Below, piece after piece: positions 10,360 through 20,912 of a stretch of DNA of 64,000 nt. The DNA is from an uncultured Acidimicrobiia bacterium (GTDB lineage Bacteria > Acidobacteriota > Terriglobia > Versatilivoradales > Versatilivoraceae). Both the position numbers and the translations under genes were made by a program. Under the pieces are notes generated by a model. That model was not told the origin of the DNA and did not search any database. It worked only from the letters and a program-made list of their open reading frames with translations. The stretch is taken from positions 640,001 to 704,000 of the forward strand of contig CAWBAT010000005.1 in NCBI GenBank assembly GCA_963786955.1, written 5' to 3'. Position 1 is the stretch's first letter, and every line of letters starts with the position of its first letter.

Positions 10360-11136
10360 CTAATAATGGATTCGAAAATTGACCGTTATCGAGAGAATCA
10401 CGCTGACGGGTTCATTGTTTAGCCGTGTTGGTTCGTAAACCCACTGGCTTGCGGCTTCCATAGCGGCTTGAACGAGCATGGGATGGCCGCTAATGAGTCT
10501 TATGCTGGAGACCCTGCCTTCCTTCGTGAGGATGGCATCCAGGACGACGGTCCCTTCGATTCGCGCTTGTTTGGCAAAGCTCGGATAAACCGGTTCAACC
10601 CGGGTGATGATACGAGGCTCCCGAACCATTCCCCCCACGCGAAGCGGCGCGTCGACCGGGGGGGCCTGCACTTTAGGTGGAGGAGGAGGGGGCGGGGCAA
10701 CCGGAACTGTCGAGACGGCTCCCCCGATAACACCTCCAATCACGCCACCGAGTGTCCCTCCGGGGACACCGCCCGGGACACCACCCGGCACTCCGCCTGA
10801 GGCCGAGGCTTCCGCTATTGGCTCATCGACAACCATTGCAATCTCTCGAGGGATAGTTACGGGAGCCATAATCCTTCCGCTCACTGTGGGAATCGATTTG
10901 GCCATCTGGGCAGCTTTGGGAGTAGCTGCCGGCGGCGGAGGAGGAGGAGGAGGAGGGGGCGGGGGAGCCACAAGATAGGTAACGAACTTTTCCGGATTCA
11001 AAGTTTCCGTGAAAAACAGCGGAACTATGATCGCTACGATGAGAACCAAGGAATGGAGAATGGTCGAAACGATCAATGGAAATATTTTCTTTTGGATTCG
11101 AATGTTGGGATTACTCTCAATGAGAAGGTCAAACAT
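10360..11136 (-). CDS. TonB family energy transducer
   Basis: TM helix with 'STILHS' (SxxxH), polyproline tracts, GGVPGG repeats, C-terminal TonB domain 'PVYP..AKQARIEGTV'. Confidence 0.9.
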   Translation of the reverse strand: MFDLLIESNPNIRIQKKIFPLIVSTILHSLVLIVAIIVPLFFTETLNPEKFVTYLVAPPPPPPPPPPPPAATPKAAQMAKSIPTVSGRIMAPVTIPREIAMVVDEPIAEASASGGVPGGVPGGVPGGTLGGVIGGVIGGAVSTVPVAPPPPPPPKVQAPPVDAPLRVGGMVREPRIITRVEPVYPSFAKQARIEGTVVLDAILTKEGRVSSIRLISGHPMLVQAAMEAASQWVYEPTRLNNEPVSVILSITVNFRIHY

Positions 11137-11234
11137 TTCATCCTCCTTCTAGAAGGAGTTTGTTCGAGGCGGGCGATGCTGAGTCGAAACCGCTTCCTAT
11201 CCCATTCCTTCCCCCAGCCCACTTGACACAAATT

Positions 11235-11696
11235 TCAGGTCACGAAATCATGTTCTGGATGTTTCACTGTCAAAACTGGACAGGGCGCCAATCGAACAAC
11301 TTTTTCGGCGGTCGAGCCAAACACGAGATGGCTGATCCCCTTGTGCCCGTGAGTCGCAAGGGTAATCACATCGATATCCATTTCTTTAGCGCAATTGACA
11401 ATTTCCAGATACGCCTTCCCGGTCACAAAAAGAGGTTCAGCGTCAATGTTCTTGGCACGTAATTCTTCTGTAATCTGCTCAAGGGTCTTCTTTTCCTGTT
11501 CTTGTACCTCAGCACTAAACTCGGGCACCGCGAAATGGTAAGCCTCCATACCCGCCCCAACAAACGGATGCTCACAGGCATGCATGACATATAATTTCGC
11601 CTTGAAGCTTTCCGCAAGGGCGGCGGCATACCGAAGTGCATGTTGCGAGTATTCTGAAAAGTCCGTCGGAAACAAAATCTTTCGGATTTCAATCAT
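11235..11696 (-). CDS. Universal stress protein
   Basis: 'ILFPTDFSEYS', 'ATHGHKG...FGSTAEKVVRLAPCPVLTV'. Confidence 0.95.
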   Translation of the reverse strand: MIEIRKILFPTDFSEYSQHALRYAAALAESFKAKLYVMHACEHPFVGAGMEAYHFAVPEFSAEVQEQEKKTLEQITEELRAKNIDAEPLFVTGKAYLEIVNCAKEMDIDVITLATHGHKGISHLVFGSTAEKVVRLAPCPVLTVKHPEHDFVT

Positions 11697-11761
11697 AGGA
11701 GCCTCCTTGCGGGAGCGAGACTAACCTCATTCAATCGGCTCAGCGGCCTTATCAATAGGTG

Positions 11762-11777
11762 TGCATGATGGATACCA
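11762..11777 (-). promoter_or_regulatory. Putative sigma-54 promoter for the usp-tonB-CoA transferase-vor operon
   Basis: Minus strand TGGTATCCATCATGCA (GG-N10-GC), 65 bp upstream of usp. Confidence 0.45.
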
Positions 11778-12125
11778 AAACAAAACATGAAGGGACAGGT
11801 TCGAGATCGGAAGACAGATAAAGCTTTGGAGTAGGCAGCAGAAGAGCAGCTCTCTGCGGTAATTCACCCGCCTTGGGGCAAAAGAGCCGATGGTTTGATA
11901 AGCCGAATTGTGCTATGAAGATATGGAGCACGGAAGGAGTTCCCGCAAGAAGGAGGGTTGTTCACTGATAGCTCCTTGCCGCTTCACCGCCTGCCGGGGA
12001 ATAGAGCTAAGGACTTTGACACGAGGATTGGCGGATAGACAAGACCATCCCGCCAACTGGAAGTTTGCATGCCTAACCTGGCGAGTGTGAATCATTGGAG
12101 ACCCGCTCTTGGTTTGAAATTTAAT

Positions 12126-12139
12126 TTGAGGTTCATCAA
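12126..12139. promoter_or_regulatory. FNR/CRP-family-like box upstream of the ImcH-like gene
   Basis: TTGAG-GTTC-ATCAA, 9/10 match to TTGAT-N4-ATCAA, ~55 bp before the ATG. Confidence 0.4.
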
Positions 12140-12194
12140 ATGATATCGCTTTCGAAGCGCCTGAATAGAGGCCCGTCACCATCTTAATTTACTG

Positions 12195-13658
12195 ATGCGG
12201 CTGGCGAAAAATCCCATTTCGCTTCTCGGAATTATCATCACTACGGTCAGCGGCATCCTGATATTCATCCTGACCATCATGGGGTTTCTCGAGTACCTGG
12301 CTAACCCCTACGTCGGGATCATCACCTTCCTCATCCTGCCTGCCTTCTTCATTACAGGTTTACTTCTCATTCCGATAGGGATCTGGCGGATCAAGCGCCT
12401 CCGCCTCCGCCTGCTGGCCGCCGGGAGCACCGTTCCAGAACTTCAGTTTCCGATCTGGAATTTCAATGATGCACGGGTTCGAAGGATTGCAACATTTGTC
12501 ATCATCGCTTCCGTCGTGAATGTGCTCATCCTATCGACGGCTACCTATAAAGGGATTCACTACATGGAGGGTGTCGCTTTCTGTGGAACGGTCTGTCATG
12601 CCGTGATGAAGCCGGAGCACACAAGCCATGAAAACTCACCGCACTCCCGCGTAACCTGCGCCAGTTGCCATATCGGACCCGGGGCACCCTGGTTTGTAAA
12701 ATCAAAGCTTTCCGGAGTTCGTCAGGTTTTCGCGGTCGCACTCCATACCTATAGCACGCCTATCGAAACACCTGTCCGGAATCTGCGTCCTGCACGGGAT
12801 ACTTGCGAGCAGTGTCATTGGCCTGAAAAATTTCATGACGACCGAGTAAAAGTGATTCAAAAATATAAGGACGATGAAAAAAATACCCCCATCACAACGG
12901 CATTGTTGTTAAAGGTGGGAGGATCCCGGGACAATGCTCGGAAATGGCAGCGGAATTCACTGGTGGCATATGGCTCAAGTCAATAAAGTGACCTATATCG
13001 CCGACGAGAAGCGGGAAAAGATTTTCTGGGTTGAACACCAGAACATGAAAGGAGAGGACACTGTCTTTGAATTAGAAAACTCCGGCATCTCACCCCAGGA
13101 ACTCAGCAAATATGAAAAGAGGGTCATGGATTGTGTTGACTGTCATAACCGTCCGACGCATATTTACAAACTTCCCGAAGAGGCAGTTGACCAGGCGATC
13201 AGTGCTCATCAGATCGACGAAAGCCTCCCTTTTATCAAGAAGGAGGGGGTGGTTTTGCTCAGAGGCAAACTATCCGAGTGACGTGGAGGCGAAACGCCAA
13301 ATTGAGTCCGGAATGATGAGTTATTATCAAAAACTATACCCGCAGGTCTATGAGACCCAGAAAGTCCAAATTCAACAGGCAATCACGGCTTTGCAGAACA
13401 TATACTCCCGGAATGTGTTCCCTGAAATGAAAGTTGCATGGGGTACCTATCCAAACCATCTTGGGTCATGAGAACTTTCCGGGCTGTTTTAGGTGCCATG
13501 ACGACAGTCATAAGAGTAAGAGTGGCAAAACGATCACGCAAGATTGTAGTGCATGCCACGATCTCCTCGCGGTCGAGGAAGAGAAGCCACTCGCTATTTC
13601 TGAAATTTTGCAGGGTAAGAATCCCCGCAATAAATTCCTGGATGGCCCACGGACTTAG
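12195..13658 (+). CDS. imcH: Inner-membrane multiheme quinol dehydrogenase, NapC/NirT-related, ImcH-like (3 frameshifts, near 12930, 13265 and 13440)
   Basis: Three N-terminal TM helices; CGTVCH, CASCH, CEQCH, 'GIHWWH', CVDCHNRPTH, 'YPNHLGH..FPGCFRCH', CSACH across four consecutive ORF fragments. Confidence 0.75.
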
Positions 13659-13845
13659 TACTCCATTTCATAAATACGGTGATGTATCTTAGTACTGCTA
13701 TTCGTAATTGCGGTGACGTATCTTAAGAATAGGCGCCGCGTGGGGTTGAGGCTTTGAGAAAGCCTCAACGGCCTACAAAGTTGCAGGCCGGGTCACCGAC
13801 CCGGCGTTAACGTGATCGAATTTCTGAAAGCCAGACCAAAGTACA
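13655..13845. mobile_element. Nested MITE/REP element, inverted relative of 1553-1687
   Basis: Two tandem ends TTAGTACTCCATTTCATAAATACGGTGATGTATC (13655) and TTAGTACTGCTATTCGTAATTGCGGTGACGTATC (13689), followed by the same REP palindromes, with an extra TGAGGCTTT/AAAGCCTCA hairpin. Confidence 0.7.
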
Positions 13846-13950
13846 TCCAAAAATTTGCCAGACGACACTAAAGCCAGAGTTTACAGGTATGAGGGTCAAT
13901 TTTTGGTGCAAGTCACCGCTGGACAGAGAAGGCTTCTTGCGCTAAATTAA

Positions 13951-14179
13951 TCAACACAATCGGATTAATTTGCAGATTTTCTCAACACAATCCGATTCAA
14001 TCAGTTAATAATTGTTTACTTGCTCTGCATTCGTAACTGTGGGGGAAATAACCGGCTTTGGATTAAAACTCCCTCTCCAAGTTCTTTCACAGAAAAAATC
14101 TAGCAATCATTTAACCTATTCATAAATAACTATTTAATAGAAAATATTTATTTTTTTTACCTTTGGCAGGAAGCTTGCG
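13951..14179 (+). promoter_or_regulatory. Sigma-54-type promoter region: tandem direct repeat (candidate activator sites), AT-rich tract and -24/-12 element
   Basis: TCAACACAATC(G/C)GATT at 13951 and 13982 (31-bp spacing); AT-rich tract 14095-14160; TGGCAGGAAGCTTGCG at 14164-14179. Confidence 0.6.
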
Positions 14180-14223
14180 AAATTATTCACCAGACAAGTA
14201 GGGATAGAAGGGAGAAGGTTGAC

Positions 14224-15183
14224 TTGAAAAGGAATCGTGTAATTGTCATTTTTTTATTCGTTTTTGCGGCAACCTCGGGAACATGGCTGCTGTTTCATCG
14301 AGCTCCACGCCCAGGTTCTCTATCGGATGTCAAGAAACGCCCTGAACTCCGTCCGTATTTTTTGTCGGCCTTGAAACTAGACCAGCCCATAGCTAAGGTT
14401 GGGTCAAATGAACTCAAGACTGATGAATTACGCGATTACCTGCTGTTGACATTTCAGGGCCAGATGACCCAGGTTTCTATCCCCCAGCCCGATCTGGTGG
14501 CAAAAATTTCTGGGGCTCTAGACCGGTTGATTGACGAAGAACTGCTGGCGCAAGCCGCGCAAAAGGAAGGCCTGAAAAGCTCTTTAGAGGGAGTCGAGAG
14601 GAAGCAAGACTTGGCGAAGAAGTATCTTGAAAGCCAGCTCGCAAAAGAGCCGCCCGTAAGCGACGTTCAGATGCGCGACTTTTACAGAAACCATGGTGAG
14701 AAGTTTTTGATTCCAGCCGGGGTTCAACTCCGAGAATTTTTCATACCTTTCACAGGGGAGAAGAGCAAAACGGGTAAAAAAGATTCTGCTTTTGATCTGG
14801 CCAAGGATCTAGCCGATCGAGTCACTAAAGGTGATTCAATCGAAGAGCTCAGTAAGAAATATGTTTCAGAAGAGTATCGGGAGAGAACCCAAATTCACCT
14901 CTACAAAGGCGGCGTGACAGAACCAGTCGATGATCAGAAGGTGCTGGCGCTCCGACCGGGTCAAAGCGCCGGGCCTTTCCGTACCGAAGGCGGGTATTCC
15001 GTTTTTCAAGGGATCTCCCAGGAACGAAGTCGGTTTATTCCGTTTTACGAAGCCAAGGCTAAGATTCAATTATTTCTGGAAGCACGTCGGGTCGAGAATT
15101 TGAGGCAAAAGCTCGTGGATCAACTGAAGCAGCAGATTCCGATCGAGCGATACGAAATTGATAAACTGATCACAGTCAGTTGA
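14224..15183 (+). CDS. Membrane-anchored PpiC/parvulin-type peptidyl-prolyl isomerase (PrsA/SurA-like)
   Basis: N-terminal TM helix; 'LDRLIDEELLAQAA'; 'FYRNHGEKF'; degenerate rotamase domain 'GPFRTEGGY'. Confidence 0.75.
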   Translation: MKRNRVIVIFLFVFAATSGTWLLFHRAPRPGSLSDVKKRPELRPYFLSALKLDQPIAKVGSNELKTDELRDYLLLTFQGQMTQVSIPQPDLVAKISGALDRLIDEELLAQAAQKEGLKSSLEGVERKQDLAKKYLESQLAKEPPVSDVQMRDFYRNHGEKFLIPAGVQLREFFIPFTGEKSKTGKKDSAFDLAKDLADRVTKGDSIEELSKKYVSEEYRERTQIHLYKGGVTEPVDDQKVLALRPGQSAGPFRTEGGYSVFQGISQERSRFIPFYEAKAKIQLFLEARRVENLRQKLVDQLKQQIPIERYEIDKLITVS

Positions 15184-15376
15184 ATTATGCGAAAGAAAGA
15201 TCTCGATAAAACAGGTTCCAACGTCTGGGAAGGTTTAGAGTTGTCAGAGAGTAAGTGGGTCAGGGAGTAGGATGTGGAAACATATTGGGAAGTCGCAGAG
15301 AAGATTAAGATTCTTGGCCCAGCGAAGGAATGGTTGTACGAATTCTTAACATTTACGCCCTTTAACGGAGGATGTT

Positions 15377-17435
15377 ATGGTTAGATCCATATCAAGCCGG
15401 GTAGTCATCATATGCACGCTCCTCTTCCTGTTCCTAGTCTGGATATCCATCCCAGTCTGGGGAAGTACGGTAGGGGACACGAAGCAAGGAGTCCAATTTA
15501 ACAAGCATGAGCTGAGCTATTATCTCGACCAAAGCCAGGTCAATTTTGTCCGCCCTGGACTAAAATTCACGATTAAGGCGGTCACGATTAGCGGCGACTA
15601 ATAGGATTATCGTCACCTTCTTGATTACCGACAACAATGGCTTGCCTCTGGATCGATTAGGTGTCTCTACACCGGGGGTGGTCAGCACTAGTTTCATAGC
15701 CGCATATATTCCCAAGGATCAATCGCAATATACTGCTTACACAACTCGAATACAAACTAGTCCTATCAACGGAGTAAAGGCTGTGCAAGCCGGTACGGAT
15801 TCAGGTGGAACTTATGCACAATTGTCTGATGGCCTGTATACATACACTTTCAATACGGTGCTGCCCTCAAATTTTGATCGAAACATGACTCATACTGTGG
15901 CTCTCTATGGTTCACGCAACCTCAGCGAATTCGATCTTGGGATTCAATATGATAACAAAACAATTGACTGGGTCCCGAGCGGTGCTCCGGTCACTGTCGT
16001 ACGCGACGTTGTCGTCACAGCGACCTGTAACCAATGCCACGATCCTTTGGCACTTCATGGAGGATCACGACGGGAAATCAAGGTCTGCGTGACCTGTCAC
16101 ACCCCTCAAACTACCGATCCGGATACCGGGAACACAGTTGACATGAAGGTCATGGTCCACAAGATCCATGCCGGACCCAACTTGCCTAGTGTCAAGGCTG
16201 GGAAACCGTATATTATTATTGGCAATAGGCAATCGGTGAATGACTATTCTAATGTAACTTTTCCCCAAGAGCTCAACCACTGCGAGGGCTGCCATACTGG
16301 CAAAGGCACTCAAGTCAACAACTGGCTCTTGAAACCCTCTCGTGCGAGTTGCGGCTCCTGTCATGACGATGTGAATTTTGCAACAGGTGATAAACATGCC
16401 GGCGGCCCGCAGCCGTCGGACAACCTTTGCGCCAATTGTCATGTTCCTGAAGGAGAAGTGGATTTCGACGCGTCCATTAAAGGCGCTCATGTGATCCCAA
16501 CATTATCCAAGGATTTGCCTGGGGTCAATTTTGAAATTTTGAACGTCAAAGACACCAAGCCCGGCAACAAACCGACAGTTACACTGAAGATCACGGATGA
16601 CGACGGTTTCCCAATCGAAACCTCTCAGATGAACAGTTTAAGCTTAGTATTGGCCGGTCCGACTACTGACTACGCAGGCTTTGTGTCTGAAAATGCGCTT
16701 ACAACTAAAAGCCAGGGTGGCATCCTGAACTATACATTCCTGAAGGCTATCCCTGCGGACGCCAAAGGTAGCTATGCCATCTCTGTCCAGGGATACAGAA
16801 ACATAACGCTTCAACCGGGAACCACTAGTGAGGTCAAGGACGTTCGCGATGCAGGATTCAACCCAGTTGTCTATGTAGCGGTGACGGATAGCAAGCCTGT
16901 GCCCCGTCGCCAGGCTGTCTCTCAAGAGAACTGCAACAGTTGCCATGCTCACCTGGCGCTCCATGGAGGGTCCCGTCAAAATGTTATGTATTGTGTCATG
17001 TGCCACAATGCAAATTGGGATGACAAGGCGCGCCGGCCAGCCGACAAACTGCCAGTCGAATCCATCCACATGAAAACCATGATCCATAAGATCCACACTG
17101 GGGAAGAATTGGAGAATGATTTTACGATCTACGGATTCGGAAATGTTCCGGTCAACTTCAATGAAGTAACTTTCCCTGGAGATCGTCGCAATTGTGAGAA
17201 GTGCCATGTCAATGAATCTCAACAGCTACCGTTAGCGAAGGGAGTATTGCCTTCGGTGGCGCCGCGAGATTACATCAACCCGATGAAACCGGCGACAGCT
17301 GCTTGTCTCACTTGCCATACCTCTCAAGAAGCTGCTTCCCATGCGCTCTTGAATACCTCCACCCTTGGAGAATCCTGCAGTGTTTGTCACGGAACAACAT
17401 CCGAATTCTCCGTTGACAAGGTTCACGCGCGGTAA
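15377..17435 (+). CDS. mtrC: OmcA/MtrC-family decaheme c-type cytochrome (frameshift near 15600)
   Basis: 10 CxxCH in two pentaheme blocks separated by a beta domain; 'LALHGGSR' and 'M(V/I)HKIH' repeated twice; GGAGG RBS at 15368. Confidence 0.9.
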
Positions 17436-17454
17436 GTCGTTCGCTCGACCCTTA

Positions 17455-17489
17455 TCCAGCCGCTCTTCGCAGGGCGGCTGGAGTTTCTT
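17455..17489 (+). terminator. GC-rich hairpin after mtrC (terminator or mRNA stabiliser)
   Basis: TCCAGCCGC...GCGGCTGGA followed by GTTTCTT. Confidence 0.5.
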
Positions 17490-17527
17490 GTTGTGTGAAT
17501 GAAAGGTATCTTCTCACCCCGACCCCT

Positions 17528-17638
17528 GGAGGTGAGAAGAAATTGTAGCGGCGCTCTATGAGCGCCGACCAAGCCGTTGAGATGAAAAGAAGACGGCGGT
17601 CACAGACCGCCGCTACAACCAATTCTTTCACGCCTTCC
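17528..17638. repeat. REP doublet (REPIN) enclosed by IS-like inverted ends
   Basis: TGTAGCGGCGCTCTATGAGCGCCG ... CGGCGGTCACAGACCGCCGCTACA, flanked by GGAGGTGAGAAGAAATT / AATTCTTTCACGCCTTCC. Confidence 0.65.
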
Positions 17639-17783
17639 CTCTCCACTTGGTGAGGGGAACGAATTGAGGATGACCTGAAAGTGTAACTTTACTTCATGCG
17701 TTTGTACGAGACACAAGGACGGAAAGAAGAGGATGCAATCGCTTGCCAACCCATTGTCATCAACCGGAAAGGGTGTGAATGTT

Positions 17784-18737
17784 ATGCCCGTTCGTCTCTC
17801 TAGGAATGCCGCTTTCATCCTGGCGTTCATGTTGACTTTGGTTTTCCCCAGTTTTGCCAAAACGCCCAAAAGTCAGCAAGCCGCGCAAGAGCCGAGCCCC
17901 AAAGCCATCGTGGCTGAGGCAAAGAACGACTATGTCAGCTCAGCTACCTGCTCTTCCTGTCATGAGGCTCAAACGACGAAATTCGCAACCAACCCCCACC
18001 AAATCCTTGATATGAAGGCGGATAAGGGTTGGAAAGATCGTGCCTGTGAAGCCTGCCACGGTCCTGGACAAGCCCATGTCGATGCTGGAGATGGAAGTCA
18101 TGTCGTTCTTCTTAAAAGCAGCTCGACGAACGCCGAAATCAACAAGACCTGTCTCAGTTGCCACGCGGACAGCAACACGCAGGCAGGGGGGCCCAACAAC
18201 TTGCATCGAAAGGAAAACCTGGCCTGCACAGAATGCCACTCAATTCACGAACCCAAGCAGAAGCAGCATTTGCTGACAGCAAGCGTCGATCGAGTTTGCA
18301 CGGCCTGCCATAAGGATGTTTTAGCAGCGTTCTATATGCCCTTTCATCATCGATTACTCGAAGGGGCTATTCACTGTGTAGATTGTCACCAGCCGCACAG
18401 CGGCCTGATGCCCAAGATGGCCAGACTTTCTTTTGGAAATGAATCGCCCTGCGTCAAATGCCATTCCGACAAGCGGGGGCCCTTTGCCTTCGAGCATCCC
18501 GTGATGCGCCTCGAAGGATGTATGGCATGCCACGCACCTCATGGTTCCATTAACTCCAAGATGCTCATTCGGACGCAACTCAGCTTGATGTGTCTGGAAT
18601 GTCACACTTTTACCCCTGGAGTTTTGGCCAGTCAGCCTCCATCGTTCCATGATTTGCGTAGTGCCCGGTTTCGGAATTGTACGACTTGTCACGTCAAGAT
18701 CCATGGTTCCAATGTGGACCGATTCTTAAGGCACTAA
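17784..18737 (+). CDS. mtrA: DmsE/MtrA-family periplasmic decaheme cytochrome c
   Basis: Signal peptide; 10 CxxCH; 'CEACHGPG', 'KRGPFAFEHP', 'CTTCHVKIHGSN'. Confidence 0.92.
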   Translation: MPVRLSRNAAFILAFMLTLVFPSFAKTPKSQQAAQEPSPKAIVAEAKNDYVSSATCSSCHEAQTTKFATNPHQILDMKADKGWKDRACEACHGPGQAHVDAGDGSHVVLLKSSSTNAEINKTCLSCHADSNTQAGGPNNLHRKENLACTECHSIHEPKQKQHLLTASVDRVCTACHKDVLAAFYMPFHHRLLEGAIHCVDCHQPHSGLMPKMARLSFGNESPCVKCHSDKRGPFAFEHPVMRLEGCMACHAPHGSINSKMLIRTQLSLMCLECHTFTPGVLASQPPSFHDLRSARFRNCTTCHVKIHGSNVDRFLRH

Positions 18738-18749
18738 CAGAGCTAATCC

Positions 18750-20842
18750 ATGCGAAACCTGAGAAAAATGCGCCAGACGGTTCCTCAGTTCTTTACAGGT
18801 TGGGTTCCTCTACGTCTCCATACCCAGCGGCGACGGGGCCCAGGAATGTTTTTCTTCTTGCTCATACTGAGCTTCGGGGGGAGTTTTCTTCACGCGCAAG
18901 AGCGACCGTTTGAAAATCCCAAGTCGGCCCCGGACACTGGCAATCCGGTTCTGATTCGTGGGATGGAGGCTACCGGGGTCGTCGATGTGGGTTATCGCAG
19001 TATTGCCGGATTTAACGGGAGTCAAGACTACTATCGGAGTGTTGTCAACCTGGGTAATGGCCCACGCCTTCTCTTCGCGAATATGGATTTTCAGAGCCCA
19101 CTGGGGACCAAGAAATATTTCGACAAGCTTCATTTCGATGCGTCGGCTTGGGGTGGTGATCCTTACAACACCATTCGCGTCTATGCGCAAAAAGCCGGAG
19201 TTTATGAGTTCAATTTCAATTACCGGAACGTGGATTACTATAATTATATCCCCACTTTTGCCAACCCTCTGCTGCTCGAAGGAGTCCTGGTAGGTCAGCA
19301 TTCATATGATACGGCGATTCGCACTATGGATTTTGATTTGACCCTTCGTCCGGGAAAGAAAATCTCTCCATATTTTTGCCTACTCTCGATCTTCTGGTTT
19401 TGGCCCGGGAATCACCACATTCACCGGAGCCGGCAACGAATTCCCCGTTAACAACAATGTGAGCAACAGTAGTAACTATTATCGTGGTGGTGTGACACTG
19501 AATCTTCGCAAGACTAATCTGATCTTCGAACAGGGCGTCGTGTCGTTTAAAGACGATCAAACGGTTTACTGGCAGGGAGGAGTGAATAAGGGAAACCGTA
19601 AAACACCCCTGCTTGGTGAAACAACCTATCTGGATCAACTCGACGAGTACTATCATGTACGTGGGACAACTCCAGTCAGCCGATTTCAAATCGTATCGAC
19701 ACCATGGGAAAAATTGACTGTCACCGGCCGGTTCGTCTATACCCAGCCGAATTTAGAATTTTGATTATAACCAACGCTCTGCCGGGAATTTTGTTTCTTT
19801 TGAGGTGGCAAGGATTTTCACCGGCGATGTCTCTAATGCCGTTTCAGACGGAAAGTTGCCGCACATTCTGGGAAACGTATCCGTTGAATATCGACCTTGG
19901 GAAAGGGTTCGGATAATCGACAATCTGATCACGGACCGATTTCATACCGACCCCAGTTCTACTCTCGGGCGCACCTTGACTGGTACCGATCCTCTGTCTG
20001 GCTCTCCGGACCCTGACGGGACGTTTAGCTATACCACGACAGATTCGAATCGTCTGGCTGTGAATCTGAATCAAAATCAGTTGGAGGGAATCGTCGATCT
20101 CACCTCCAAACTCTCAGTACGAGGCGGTTATCGCTACGTGTGGTCTGATACCCAATTAGTCTCATTCAATCTGGAGGGCGAAAACCAGGCCATTAGCATC
20201 AACCGCAATGTGGCGATAGCAGGGTTTAATTACCGGCTGCAACGTAAGGCCAGCCTGGGGCTGGATTTAGAGATTGGCCAGGGGAACCGAGTCTTTTCTC
20301 GAACGGACATTCTCGATTACCAGAAAGTTCGCATCCGTGGGCGTTACAAGATCTGGAACCCCCTGGTGATTAGTGGATCCTATTTTCTGCTGAACTACCA
20401 AAACGGCCAGCGGGATATCGATTACAATTTCAATAGTTACGGTTACAGCCTTTCCGCCATTGTGGCTCCCAAAGGCGGGAAGCGATTCATGGCGACCTTG
20501 GACTATTCCAAAGGCGATCTTAATTCGGATATTCTAATCCTGATTCCTCAAACTCTGACGAGGAGTCAATCCATTTATATTGAAAACAGTAATTTCGGAA
20601 ACTTGAACCTTGATTTCGGGATCTACCGGGGTTTTCGATTTAATTTGGGCGGTTCGGTGATGACAACCTCCGGGAATCGTCCGCTGAATTATTATCAGCC
20701 CCACGCCGGTTTTCTCATTCCCCTGGGTAGCAAGTTGTATTGGACAACCGAATGGCGTTATTACGACTTCAATGATAAAGAATTTGCTTTCCAGGATTTT
20801 AGAGTTCACCTGATTACCGCCGGAATTCGATTCCGCTATTGA
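18750..20842 (+). CDS. mtrB: MtrB/PioB-like outer-membrane beta-barrel (frameshifts near 19375 and 19760)
   Basis: Directly after mtrA; 'YRSVVNLGNGPRL', 'WGGDPY'; amphipathic beta strands; C-terminal aromatic BAM-type end 'AGIRFRY'. About 690 aa when joined. Confidence 0.75.
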
Positions 20843-20912
20843 TTTTTCCGATATGACGCATGGTCCATTTGCCTGCATAGAGCGCATCCTGCACTCGAGG
20901 AGAGGTGCAAGT

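Noticed and set aside
10670-10970. GGA/GGC and CCGGGACACC tandem repeats
   Set aside because: They encode the polyproline and GGVP linkers of TonB.
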